From assembly GCA_018971305.1 (NCBI GenBank), contig JAGXBC010000001.1:173956-237955 (forward strand): DNA of 64,000 nt, given 5' to 3'. The translations under genes were made by a program, and so were the position numbers. This DNA comes from Patescibacteria group bacterium. Its GTDB lineage: Bacteria; Patescibacteriota; Minisyncoccia; UBA6257; 2-01-FULL-56-20. The stretch's first letter is position 1. The number at the start of each line of letters is the position of its first letter. Shown one piece after another: positions 21,271 to 29,549 of the stretch. The notes beneath the pieces were generated by a model. The model saw nothing but the letters and a program-made list of their open reading frames with translations. It was not told the DNA's origin and ran no database searches.

Positions 21271-22290
21271 CTACAACCTCGATATTGCTTCGTTAAATCC
21301 GCTCTCTGAAGCGCTCATAATTAGATAACCGTTATACCAGCCGTAAACGAAAGCGGCGCCCGGCGAAGAAAATGTCAGTTCGCGCGCTGGCTGACCGCTT
21401 AAAGTTATATCCTTGAATCCATTCGTGTCGGCATTGCCCGGGGAAGTTAAAAAGAATCCGGGAACTTGCGACGATTGTTCGATTTTTGCAACGTCGTCTT
21501 TCAGGAACAACCAATTCTCGGTCGGCTTCAGTTGCAGAATATATCCGGGCCAGGAACCATTTTTATCTTTGTAAACAAACATCGTCGCGTCCGTATTGAA
21601 ATGGGCGAAGAGATAAGCCGGATCCAAAAGCGCCACATCGGCATAATTTAAAAGCTGGATTGCTTCATAGTTATTGCCTTTCTCATCCTCGGCGTTCACT
21701 TCAAAGAAACCTCCGGTACTCGTTGACGGCAAAATTCCTAAAAGTTTTTGGCTGTACGTTTGCAAATCAAAAGAACTTTGGGCCGTGGAACGGATAACAA
21801 GCACAAGCGTTTTATCCGCAGATTTCTTAAAGAACGATTGATGAATAGTACTCCCTGCCGCAGTCACCGATTGATTTGCGCCAGTTTGTTGCTGTGCCGG
21901 CTGTCCTGCCTGATCCTGTTTCTGAATGGTAGCGGGGGCTCCGGTACTGCCACCAGGAGGAGGCAAGATATTATAGAACAAAAATGCTCCGGCACCGATA
22001 GCGCCAATGGCAATGAGTGTGATGAGGGGAATTAAAAAACTATTTTTTTTTATGCCTCCAGCCGGTCCGTTGGTTTCTTCCGTTTGCACCGGACGCACGG
22101 TTGCGACTTTCACGCTTTTGAATCTCGGGCCAGAACCTCCGCTTGCCACCATCGATTCAATATCCGATTGCATCGTACGAATCCTTACCTCGTGCGGCGG
22201 CTCGGGAATGCTCGGGCTTGAATCTTCGGTGTTTGGCGATTGCCCGACACTGCCAGCTGCCCAAAAATTTTCTTGATTGTTTTCTGCCAT
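21271..22290 (-). CDS. Hypothetical membrane-anchored protein with large extracytoplasmic domain
   Basis: One TM helix (FLIPLITLIAIGAIGAGAFLF), preceded by a cytoplasmic S/P-rich segment and followed by a roughly 220-aa domain. Confidence 0.45.
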   Translation of the reverse strand: MAENNQENFWAAGSVGQSPNTEDSSPSIPEPPHEVRIRTMQSDIESMVASGGSGPRFKSVKVATVRPVQTEETNGPAGGIKKNSFLIPLITLIAIGAIGAGAFLFYNILPPPGGSTGAPATIQKQDQAGQPAQQQTGANQSVTAAGSTIHQSFFKKSADKTLVLVIRSTAQSSFDLQTYSQKLLGILPSTSTGGFFEVNAEDEKGNNYEAIQLLNYADVALLDPAYLFAHFNTDATMFVYKDKNGSWPGYILQLKPTENWLFLKDDVAKIEQSSQVPGFFLTSPGNADTNGFKDITLSGQPARELTFSSPGAAFVYGWYNGYLIMSASESGFNEAISRL

Positions 22291-22374
22291 TTGTTTTTAT
22301 TTTAACATCCGGAAACCGATTATCGCCAACGGCACCGATTACTAAAATCCCAGGGATGGTTTAGAATTAAAGTT

Positions 22375-23907
22375 ATGCAGAAACGTTCGGTAATGCTTAT
22401 AATTTTGGACGGTTGGGGAATTGGCAAAGAAGACGATACCAATCCGGTTAACATCGCGAAGCCGGAGACATTTTCCTGGCTACGAAAAAATTTTCCCTTA
22501 ACTAGCCTGCGGGCATCGGGTATTGCAGTAGGTCTCCCCTGGGGAGAAACAGGCAACAGCGAGGTCGGACATTTAACGCTCGGTGCCGGCAAGGTTATAT
22601 ATCAATACTACCCGAAAATCACTATGGCTATTCAAGACGGCAGCTTCTTTGAAAATCCGGTCTTAAAAGATGCCTTCGCCCATGCAAGAAAAAATAGCTC
22701 GGCAGTCAACTTCGCCGGGCTTTTGAGCCGCGGCAACGTCCATGCGGCGCTCGATCATCTGCTAGCTCTTATTGAAATGGGCGAGAAAGAAAACGTGCCG
22801 GTGAAACTTCATCTTTTCGCCGACGGCAAGGACACCCCTCCCAAGAGCGTGCTAAAATTCCTCAAAGAAATTCCCGCGGAAAAAATTGCCACGCTCACCG
22901 GCCGCTATTACGCGATGGACCGCAGCGGAAAATGGCAACTAACTGAACAGGCTTATAACAACCTTGTCGGTAAATCAGGAATAATCGTCGTGAGTCCCGA
23001 CGAAGAGTTGGAAAAGGTTTTCTCCCGCGATCTTTCGGAAGAATATCTACCGCCCTTAAGATTCGGCGCCGGAAGTGAGATAAAAGACGGCGAGTCGCTT
23101 GTCTTCTTCAACTACCGCGAAGACAGCATCCGTCAGACAGCCGAGGCCTTCATTTTAAAAGATTTCAACGAATTCCCGCGTGAAAATTTCCAAGACCTGT
23201 ATATCGCCACATTCACCCATTATGAAGACAAACTTACTGCTCCGGTTGTTTTTGACGGCGACAAAGTAATGGAACCTCTCGGCAAAGTCATAAGTGATGC
23301 CGGGAAAAATCAACTGCGTCTCGCCGAGAGCTATAAATATGCCCACGTAACATTTTTTTTCAACGGCTATAGAGAATCACCTTTCAAAAACGAGTATAGA
23401 ATTTTAATTCCTTCTCTCTCAACCGCCAAACCAGAAGAGCATCCCGAACTCCAAGCCCAGGCCATAACCGACCGCCTGCTGGAAACAATACAAAATCCGG
23501 CATTTGATTTTATTCTTGTCAATTATTCCAACCCGGATACGATGGGACACACTGCCAACTTTGAGGCCGGCGTGGAAGCCGTTCGCACCATAGATAAAGA
23601 ACTCGGCCGCCTTTTAAAATCGGCGATAAACCCGGACATGGCGATTATCATAACTTCCGATCACGGCAATATAGAAGAAATGCTTGATCCAACCACTGGT
23701 TTACCCGAAAGTCAGCACGATCCGAACCCGGTCCCCTTATATCTCATCGCTCCGGAATTCAAGGGGAAAAAATTCTTGAACTGGCAGAATATTGAGAACG
23801 AAACGATGGGCGGACTAGCGGATGTCGCCCCTACCATTTTGGAACTTTTAGGCATCAAACAGCCGCCCGAAATGACGGGTAGAAGCCTATTGGAGGGGTT
23901 AATATAA
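22375..23907 (+). CDS. gpmI: 2,3-bisphosphoglycerate-independent phosphoglycerate mutase
   Basis: N-terminus MLIILDGWG...SEVGHLTLGAG is typical of iPGM. 510 aa. C-terminal metal-binding SDHGN. Confidence 0.9.
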   Translation: MQKRSVMLIILDGWGIGKEDDTNPVNIAKPETFSWLRKNFPLTSLRASGIAVGLPWGETGNSEVGHLTLGAGKVIYQYYPKITMAIQDGSFFENPVLKDAFAHARKNSSAVNFAGLLSRGNVHAALDHLLALIEMGEKENVPVKLHLFADGKDTPPKSVLKFLKEIPAEKIATLTGRYYAMDRSGKWQLTEQAYNNLVGKSGIIVVSPDEELEKVFSRDLSEEYLPPLRFGAGSEIKDGESLVFFNYREDSIRQTAEAFILKDFNEFPRENFQDLYIATFTHYEDKLTAPVVFDGDKVMEPLGKVISDAGKNQLRLAESYKYAHVTFFFNGYRESPFKNEYRILIPSLSTAKPEEHPELQAQAITDRLLETIQNPAFDFILVNYSNPDTMGHTANFEAGVEAVRTIDKELGRLLKSAINPDMAIIITSDHGNIEEMLDPTTGLPESQHDPNPVPLYLIAPEFKGKKFLNWQNIENETMGGLADVAPTILELLGIKQPPEMTGRSLLEGLI

Positions 23908-23967
23908 TCCGCTCCATTAAAGAAAATATACATCCGCTTTGCCCGTTTTTTGCTATAATTATATAAA

Positions 23968-24315
23968 GTGAAATTTCTAGCTAAAATCTTTCTCGTCATA
24001 GCCGCTAACGCCGGAGCAATCTGGGCGGCAGCGACTTATGTTCCCGGATTCCATTTCTCCGGGAGCACGATAGAACTCCTTGAGCTCGCCCTTATATTAA
24101 TGGCTCTCAATCTTATATTAAAGCCAATCGTTAAATTACTTCTCGGTCCGATAATTGTCCTCACGCTCGGCATCGGCCTTATAGTAGTAAATGCTTTAAT
24201 GCTTTATATTCTTGACATTTTTTCCAAAAGCATTACGATTGAAACCATTCCTGCGCTAGTTTACGGAACGCTCATCGTCAGCGTTATAAATTTTATTGTT
24301 CACCTTGCGACGTAG
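23968..24315 (+). CDS. Small 4-TM membrane protein (phage-holin-4-like / PF04020-like)
   Basis: 115 aa with four hydrophobic helices. Pattern is similar to the so-called phage holin family proteins common in small genomes. Confidence 0.45.
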   Translation: MKFLAKIFLVIAANAGAIWAAATYVPGFHFSGSTIELLELALILMALNLILKPIVKLLLGPIIVLTLGIGLIVVNALMLYILDIFSKSITIETIPALVYGTLIVSVINFIVHLAT

Positions 24316-24324
24316 GAATCTTTA

Positions 24325-24546
24325 TTGGACATGTTAATCCCAATTCTCCAAATAATTATCGCTCTGGTCTTGGTCGTACTTATATTACTGCAGGAACGTT
24401 CTGCCGGGCTTTCCGGTATTTTTGGCGGCGAAGGCGGCGGGTTCTATCAAACTCGCCGAGGCCTGGAAAAGGTTATTTTTTATTCCACGATAGTGCTTAC
24501 GATTATTTTCGTAGCTCTTGCGATATATCAGCTTATTTACGGTTAA
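24325..24546 (+). CDS. secG: Preprotein translocase subunit SecG
   Basis: 73 aa, two TM helices flanking the Gly-rich loop SGIFGGEGGGFYQ. LILLQE motif. Confidence 0.75.
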   Translation: MDMLIPILQIIIALVLVVLILLQERSAGLSGIFGGEGGGFYQTRRGLEKVIFYSTIVLTIIFVALAIYQLIYG

Positions 24547-24621
24547 AACCGGCGGCGGATAACGAATTTCATCGCGTACGAACGAATTCGTAAAATTTGC
24601 GCCGGATCAGAAATTCGTTTT

Positions 24622-26271
24622 ATGTATACGCTTAAAAAAATATTCCTTGCGCTCACTGTTAAAGAAAAAGTCGTCTTTGTCGGAGCCGCTATACTCTTTA
24701 TTATCAGCGGTCTTACTCTTTTCGGCCTCGGGCTAGCCAAATCCACGGAGGCCGTACCGGCGGCAGGCGGAAGATATGCTGAGGGAGTTGTGGGCCAGCC
24801 CATCTATATAAATCCCGTAATAGCTTCAAACGAAATAGACAGGGGTTTGGTCAAACTTGTTTTCAGCAACATCCAGGATATTGCGGACAAAATTGACGTT
24901 TCACCGGACGGCAGGATATGGAAAATACGCCTCAAAACCGATCTCCATTGGCAGGACGGAGAGAAGCTCACTAGCGACGACGTTATTTTCACAATCCAAA
25001 AAATACAAGACCAAGAAACCAATTCTCCATTTTTCGGTGAATGGCAGGGGGTGGCGGCTCAACGCTTAAGCGAATTAGAATTGCAACTAAGCCTTGTAAA
25101 CCCCTACGCCTTTTTCTCCGACACCCTCAAGAATCTTTACATTTTACCAAAACACCTTTTCGCAGACGTACCGCCTGCCAACTGGCGACTCTCCGATTAT
25201 AATTTAAAACCCATCGGCAGCGGGCCTTATAAATTCCTCTCTTACGATAAAAGAACCGATGGTTTTATTTATATGTACAGACTTGCCGCCTGGGATAAAT
25301 ACTTCGGAGACAAATCGCTTATCCAAAATTTTGACTTTCAACTATTTTCCAACGCAGACGACCTTATCAATAATTTCAACTCTGGGGCCATTGATGGCAT
25401 TGCCGGAATTGAACCGGCTGAAATCGCGCAGATAAAACGCCCCTACGAAAACATCTCTTTCCGCTTGCCTAACTACTATGCCGTATTCCTCAATCAGTCA
25501 AAAAGCGTTCCGCTTAAGGATGTAGCCGTACGCCAGGCACTGACATTAGCGACTGACAAAGAAAATATCATAAATAGCGTTTTGGGTGGACGTGGCAGTA
25601 TTGATGCCGGTCCGATTCCCGAAGGCGCACCCTACTACAATCCGGGAATAGAAACTGCCACCAACTCCCTCGAACTTGCCTCCGCGACCCTGGATGCCGC
25701 CGGTTGGAAAATTGACGCTTCCGGCACGCGCGAAAAGACCATCGGTAAAACCAAGGTGCCGCTGGAGCTGAACCTCTCGGTACCGCAAATAGATTTTCTG
25801 ACACAGACCGCGGATATTCTGCGGCAAGAATGGCAGCGTGTCGGATTTAAAATCAACATCGTCTCGCAGCCTATTAACGATATAACTGATAACACGATAA
25901 AAAATAGGGACTACGAAATGCTCTTGTTCGGCAATGTTCTCGGCCGGAGTTCAGACCTTTTTTCTTTCTGGCATTCATCGGAAAGATTCTACCCTGGGTT
26001 AAATCTGGCAATTTACAATAATAAAACGGCCGATCCGCTCATTGAGTCAATCAGGCAAAATCTGGATAATACCAATCGAACCGATCAGTTCAACAAACTA
26101 TTAAGTATTATAATGAACGACTATCCCGCGGTTTTTCTCTACTCTCCGGACTACCTATACCTCGCGAGCAAGAATCTTCACGGAGTTGAGAGCGGATTCC
26201 TATCTGATCCATCCGATATCTTCACCACTGCCAATAAATGGTATCTAAAAACAGCAAGGGTGCTAAAATAG
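24622..26271 (+). CDS. ABC transporter substrate-binding protein, family 5 (oligopeptide/nickel type), N-terminally membrane anchored
   Basis: 549 aa. N-terminal TM anchor, then family-5 SBP-like sequence (NPVIASNEIDRGLVKLVF... lobed architecture). Confidence 0.65.
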   Translation: MYTLKKIFLALTVKEKVVFVGAAILFIISGLTLFGLGLAKSTEAVPAAGGRYAEGVVGQPIYINPVIASNEIDRGLVKLVFSNIQDIADKIDVSPDGRIWKIRLKTDLHWQDGEKLTSDDVIFTIQKIQDQETNSPFFGEWQGVAAQRLSELELQLSLVNPYAFFSDTLKNLYILPKHLFADVPPANWRLSDYNLKPIGSGPYKFLSYDKRTDGFIYMYRLAAWDKYFGDKSLIQNFDFQLFSNADDLINNFNSGAIDGIAGIEPAEIAQIKRPYENISFRLPNYYAVFLNQSKSVPLKDVAVRQALTLATDKENIINSVLGGRGSIDAGPIPEGAPYYNPGIETATNSLELASATLDAAGWKIDASGTREKTIGKTKVPLELNLSVPQIDFLTQTADILRQEWQRVGFKINIVSQPINDITDNTIKNRDYEMLLFGNVLGRSSDLFSFWHSSERFYPGLNLAIYNNKTADPLIESIRQNLDNTNRTDQFNKLLSIIMNDYPAVFLYSPDYLYLASKNLHGVESGFLSDPSDIFTTANKWYLKTARVLK

Positions 26272-26296
26272 GCAATCATCAAAGGCGCGGCTTGAC

Positions 26297-26330
26297 TTTA
26301 CTGCCCTATCTGCTATAATGATAATAATCT
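26297..26330 (+). promoter_or_regulatory. Near-consensus sigma70 promoter (TTGACT, 16-nt spacer, TATAAT) about 100 nt upstream of tRNA-Leu
   Basis: ttgact ... tataat is read directly from the sequence. Confidence 0.5.
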
Positions 26331-26438
26331 CAATTAATACCTCCTTTTGCTAATTGACTTCGATGATGGCTTTTAACCAGGCGACATATCTGCTGTTTTA
26401 AGAGAATTCTGCGTGCTTTTTGTTATTAAATTTTCCTT

Positions 26439-26522
26439 GCCCTCCTGGTGGAATTGGCAGACACGTACGCTTCAGGTGCGTATGTCCGCAAGGACGTAGA
26501 GGTTCAAATCCTCTGGAGGGCA
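26439..26522 (+). tRNA. tRNA-Leu (anticodon CAG), class II with long variable arm
   Basis: Acceptor GCCCTCC/GGAGGGC, T8, D-arm GTGGAATTGGCAGACAC, anticodon loop TTCAGGT, long variable arm, T-arm AGAGGTTCAAATCCTCT, discriminator A. CCA is not encoded. Confidence 0.88.
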
Positions 26523-26614
26523 CAAGCGCATCCCGCCGAAACGGGACGATCACAAAATTATAGGGGTTCCAACACCGCTCCCCTAACACAAAATAAAATC
26601 TAAATAAAAAAATT

Positions 26615-28504
26615 ATGCTAAAAAAATCAACGGAACGTCCGCGGATAAAACCTCCGGCCGTGCCGCGTCGTAATCCTCCGGATGCAGGCGGGGCAATTCC
26701 AAAGCGAACCGCTCGTCCGGCACAAACCGGATCACGAGGCGGAAATGGCAACGCCTTTCAACACGCGCGTCATTTTTCGCGCACACGCGAAACTAATCCA
26801 TCTCCGAAACCGGAATACGAAAAAACGGGCGGCGATGAAAATAGCGACAAACTCCGCTTCGTACCCCTTGGCGGACTGGAAGAAGTCGGGAGAAATTCTA
26901 TGTTCTATGAATACAAGAACGAGATCGTCGTGGTAGATCTCGGCCTGCAATTTCCGGAAGAAGAAACTCCGGGAATAGATTATATAATTCCCAACGTCAC
27001 TTATCTTGAAAAGAAAAAAACCAATGTCCAGGCCGTAATTTTGACTCACGCTCACTACGACCACATCGGCGCCGTTCCGCACGTCATAGAAAAACTCGGC
27101 AATCCTCCGATATACACGACATCCATCACGAAAGCGATAATAGAAAAACGCCAATCGGATTTCCCGAACAGTCCGAAACTGAACATTGAGGTCATCAAGA
27201 ATGGAGATAAAATCAAACTCTCTAATTATTTTGAAGCGGAGTTCTTCGGCGTACCGCATACTGTCCCAGAAACTGTCGGAGTTGTTTTAAAAACTCCCAT
27301 AGGAAATATGGTTCACTTCGCCGACTTCAGAATTGAATATGACGAGAAGGGAACCGCTCACGGCCTTGAAGAATTCGAGCGCATCGGCAAACTCGGTATC
27401 CACACATTTACCATAGACAGCACCAATGCCGAAAAAGAAGGAAAAACAATTTCGGAAAAAACCGTTGAGAAAAACCTGGAAGAGATCTTCCGCAAATCAG
27501 ACGGCAGGATAATCGTCGCCACCTTCGCTTCGCTTTTAACCCGCATCGCGGAAATAATAAAAATAGCCGAGAAAATCGGGCGGCGCGTGGCTTTATCCGG
27601 CTATTCAATGAAAACCAACGTACAGATCGCGCAAAACCTCGGCTTTATCAAAGCCAAACAGGGAACGATAATCTCTCTTGATGAAATAAACAAGCATAGG
27701 GACGAGAAACTTCTTATCCTCTCCACCGGCGCCCAAGGCGAAGCGAATGCCAGCTTGATGAAAATAATCAACGGCGAACACCGGCAGGTTAAACTCAAAC
27801 ACGGCGACACGGTTGTGCTTTCGTCTTCCGTAATCCCGGGAAACGAGCGAAGCGTCCAAGTCGTGAAAGATAATCTGGCAAGACAGGGTGCGATAGTCCA
27901 CACTTCGGCATTGATAGACATCCACTCTTCCGGACACGCCCCCAAAGATGACCTGCAACTCGTAATGAAACTTATTAAGCCGAAATTCCTGCTCCCCGTT
28001 CATGGCTACTATTTCATGCGCTCGGCAAACGCCCAGTCGGCGCGGGAAGTTGGCATACCGAAAGAAAACGTCATCTTGATGGACAACGGCCAAGTCGCCG
28101 AACTTGATAAAGACAGTTTCAAAATAACCAAAGAAACCGTTCCGGCGTTTTACGTTATGGTTGACGGCCTTGGCGTCGGCGACGTGGAAGAAGTGGTTCT
28201 CCGCGACAGGCGCGCGCTTGCCGCCGAAGGAATGGTTGTGATTATCACAACCATAGATAAAGACAAAGGTAAATTACTTAAGAGCCCGGACATCATTTCG
28301 CGCGGATTTATTTATCTCAAAGAAAATCAGGAGGTCTTAGATCAGGTGAGAAAAAAGATCCGCGACCTGATGCAGCGCCTGCCGAGCTACCAGCCGATTG
28401 AAGCCGACTATCTGAAAACCCTTATCCGCGATCAAGTAGGACAGTTCCTCTATACTAAAACCAAGAGACGTCCCATGATATTGCCGGTAATAATAGAAAT
28501 CTAG
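26615..28504 (+). CDS. rnj: Ribonuclease J (beta-CASP metallo-beta-lactamase) with an Arg/Pro-rich N-terminal extension of about 75 aa
   Basis: KLRFVPLGGLEEVGRNSMFYEY, HAHYDHIGAVPHV and the C-terminal beta-CASP and dimerisation regions. Confidence 0.85.
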   Translation: MLKKSTERPRIKPPAVPRRNPPDAGGAIPKRTARPAQTGSRGGNGNAFQHARHFSRTRETNPSPKPEYEKTGGDENSDKLRFVPLGGLEEVGRNSMFYEYKNEIVVVDLGLQFPEEETPGIDYIIPNVTYLEKKKTNVQAVILTHAHYDHIGAVPHVIEKLGNPPIYTTSITKAIIEKRQSDFPNSPKLNIEVIKNGDKIKLSNYFEAEFFGVPHTVPETVGVVLKTPIGNMVHFADFRIEYDEKGTAHGLEEFERIGKLGIHTFTIDSTNAEKEGKTISEKTVEKNLEEIFRKSDGRIIVATFASLLTRIAEIIKIAEKIGRRVALSGYSMKTNVQIAQNLGFIKAKQGTIISLDEINKHRDEKLLILSTGAQGEANASLMKIINGEHRQVKLKHGDTVVLSSSVIPGNERSVQVVKDNLARQGAIVHTSALIDIHSSGHAPKDDLQLVMKLIKPKFLLPVHGYYFMRSANAQSAREVGIPKENVILMDNGQVAELDKDSFKITKETVPAFYVMVDGLGVGDVEEVVLRDRRALAAEGMVVIITTIDKDKGKLLKSPDIISRGFIYLKENQEVLDQVRKKIRDLMQRLPSYQPIEADYLKTLIRDQVGQFLYTKTKRRPMILPVIIEI

Positions 28505-28518
28505 TTAACCATAAAAAA

Positions 28519-28540
28519 ACCGCACAAAATGCGGTTTTTA
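28519..28540 (+). terminator. Rho-independent terminator after rnj
   Basis: accgca-caaaa-tgcggt followed by T5. Confidence 0.6.
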
Positions 28541-28556
28541 TGTTAGAATTTTAATT

Positions 28557-29549
28557 ATGAAACCAATTCTTGTTTCCGGCATCCAGACTTCAGGCCGATT
28601 GCACCTTGGCAATTATTTGGGCGCCTTAAAAAATTTTGTTGACCTGCAAAATTCGGGAAAGTACGATTGTTATTTTTTCTTAGCCGACTTACATTCATTA
28701 ACCGAGGCGTTCAATCCAGAAGATAAACATAAACAAGTCATTGAACTGGCCGCGGATTTTCTGGCTGCCGGCCTGGACCCCAAGAAATCCGTTATCTTCC
28801 AGCAATCGCAGGTCCCGGCGCATACGGAACTCGGATGGATTTTCAATACGATTACGCCATTCGGAGAATTAAACAGGATGACACAGTTTAAAGAGAAATC
28901 CGACGCGCAAAAAGAAAATGCGAATGTCGGGCTTTTAACTTATCCCACTCTGATGGCCGCCGACATTCTTTTATATGACGCCAAATTTGTGCCGGTTGGC
29001 GACGACCAAAAACAGCATTTGGAACTCACGAGAACTATCGCCCGTAAATTCAACGCCAAATTCGGCGAAACTTTCACGGAGCCACAACCACTATTTACAG
29101 CAGCCACTCGGGTGATGAACCTTGGCGAACCGGAGCGAAAAATGTCCAAGTCGCGCTCGCATCCACAAAACGTGATTTTCGTTGACGACTCGCCGGAAGA
29201 AATTTCCGCCAAAATAAAATCCGCCGTAACAGACTCCGGCTCGGAGGTTAAGTACGACATCAAAAACAAACCCGCAATAAGCAACTTGCTTACTATCTAT
29301 TCCGCCCTAAGCGGAGAAGCCATCCCTAAACTGGAGAAATATTTCACAGGGAAAAAGTATTCAGAGTTCAAAGTTAAGCTTGCAGAGCTGATATCCGATT
29401 ACTTCGCGGATTACCGCAAGAAGAAAAAGTTATTACTCGCCAAACCGCAGACACTTATAACAACGCTCAAATCCGGTTCAGCCAAAGCGGCAAAAGTTGC
29501 CGACAAAAAGATACACGAAGTTAAAAAAATAATAGGATTGGCGATTTAA
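28557..29549 (+). CDS. trpS: Tryptophanyl-tRNA synthetase
   Basis: SGIQTSGRLHLGNYLGA (HIGH region) and KMSKS at ERKMSKSRS. 330 aa. Confidence 0.9.
   Translation: MKPILVSGIQTSGRLHLGNYLGALKNFVDLQNSGKYDCYFFLADLHSLTEAFNPEDKHKQVIELAADFLAAGLDPKKSVIFQQSQVPAHTELGWIFNTITPFGELNRMTQFKEKSDAQKENANVGLLTYPTLMAADILLYDAKFVPVGDDQKQHLELTRTIARKFNAKFGETFTEPQPLFTAATRVMNLGEPERKMSKSRSHPQNVIFVDDSPEEISAKIKSAVTDSGSEVKYDIKNKPAISNLLTIYSALSGEAIPKLEKYFTGKKYSEFKVKLAELISDYFADYRKKKKLLLAKPQTLITTLKSGSAKAAKVADKKIHEVKKIIGLAI

Noticed and set aside
26398-26751. 117-aa minus-strand ORF overlapping tRNA-Leu
   Set aside because: It overlaps a well-formed tRNA gene and the rnj 5' end. It has no coding signal.
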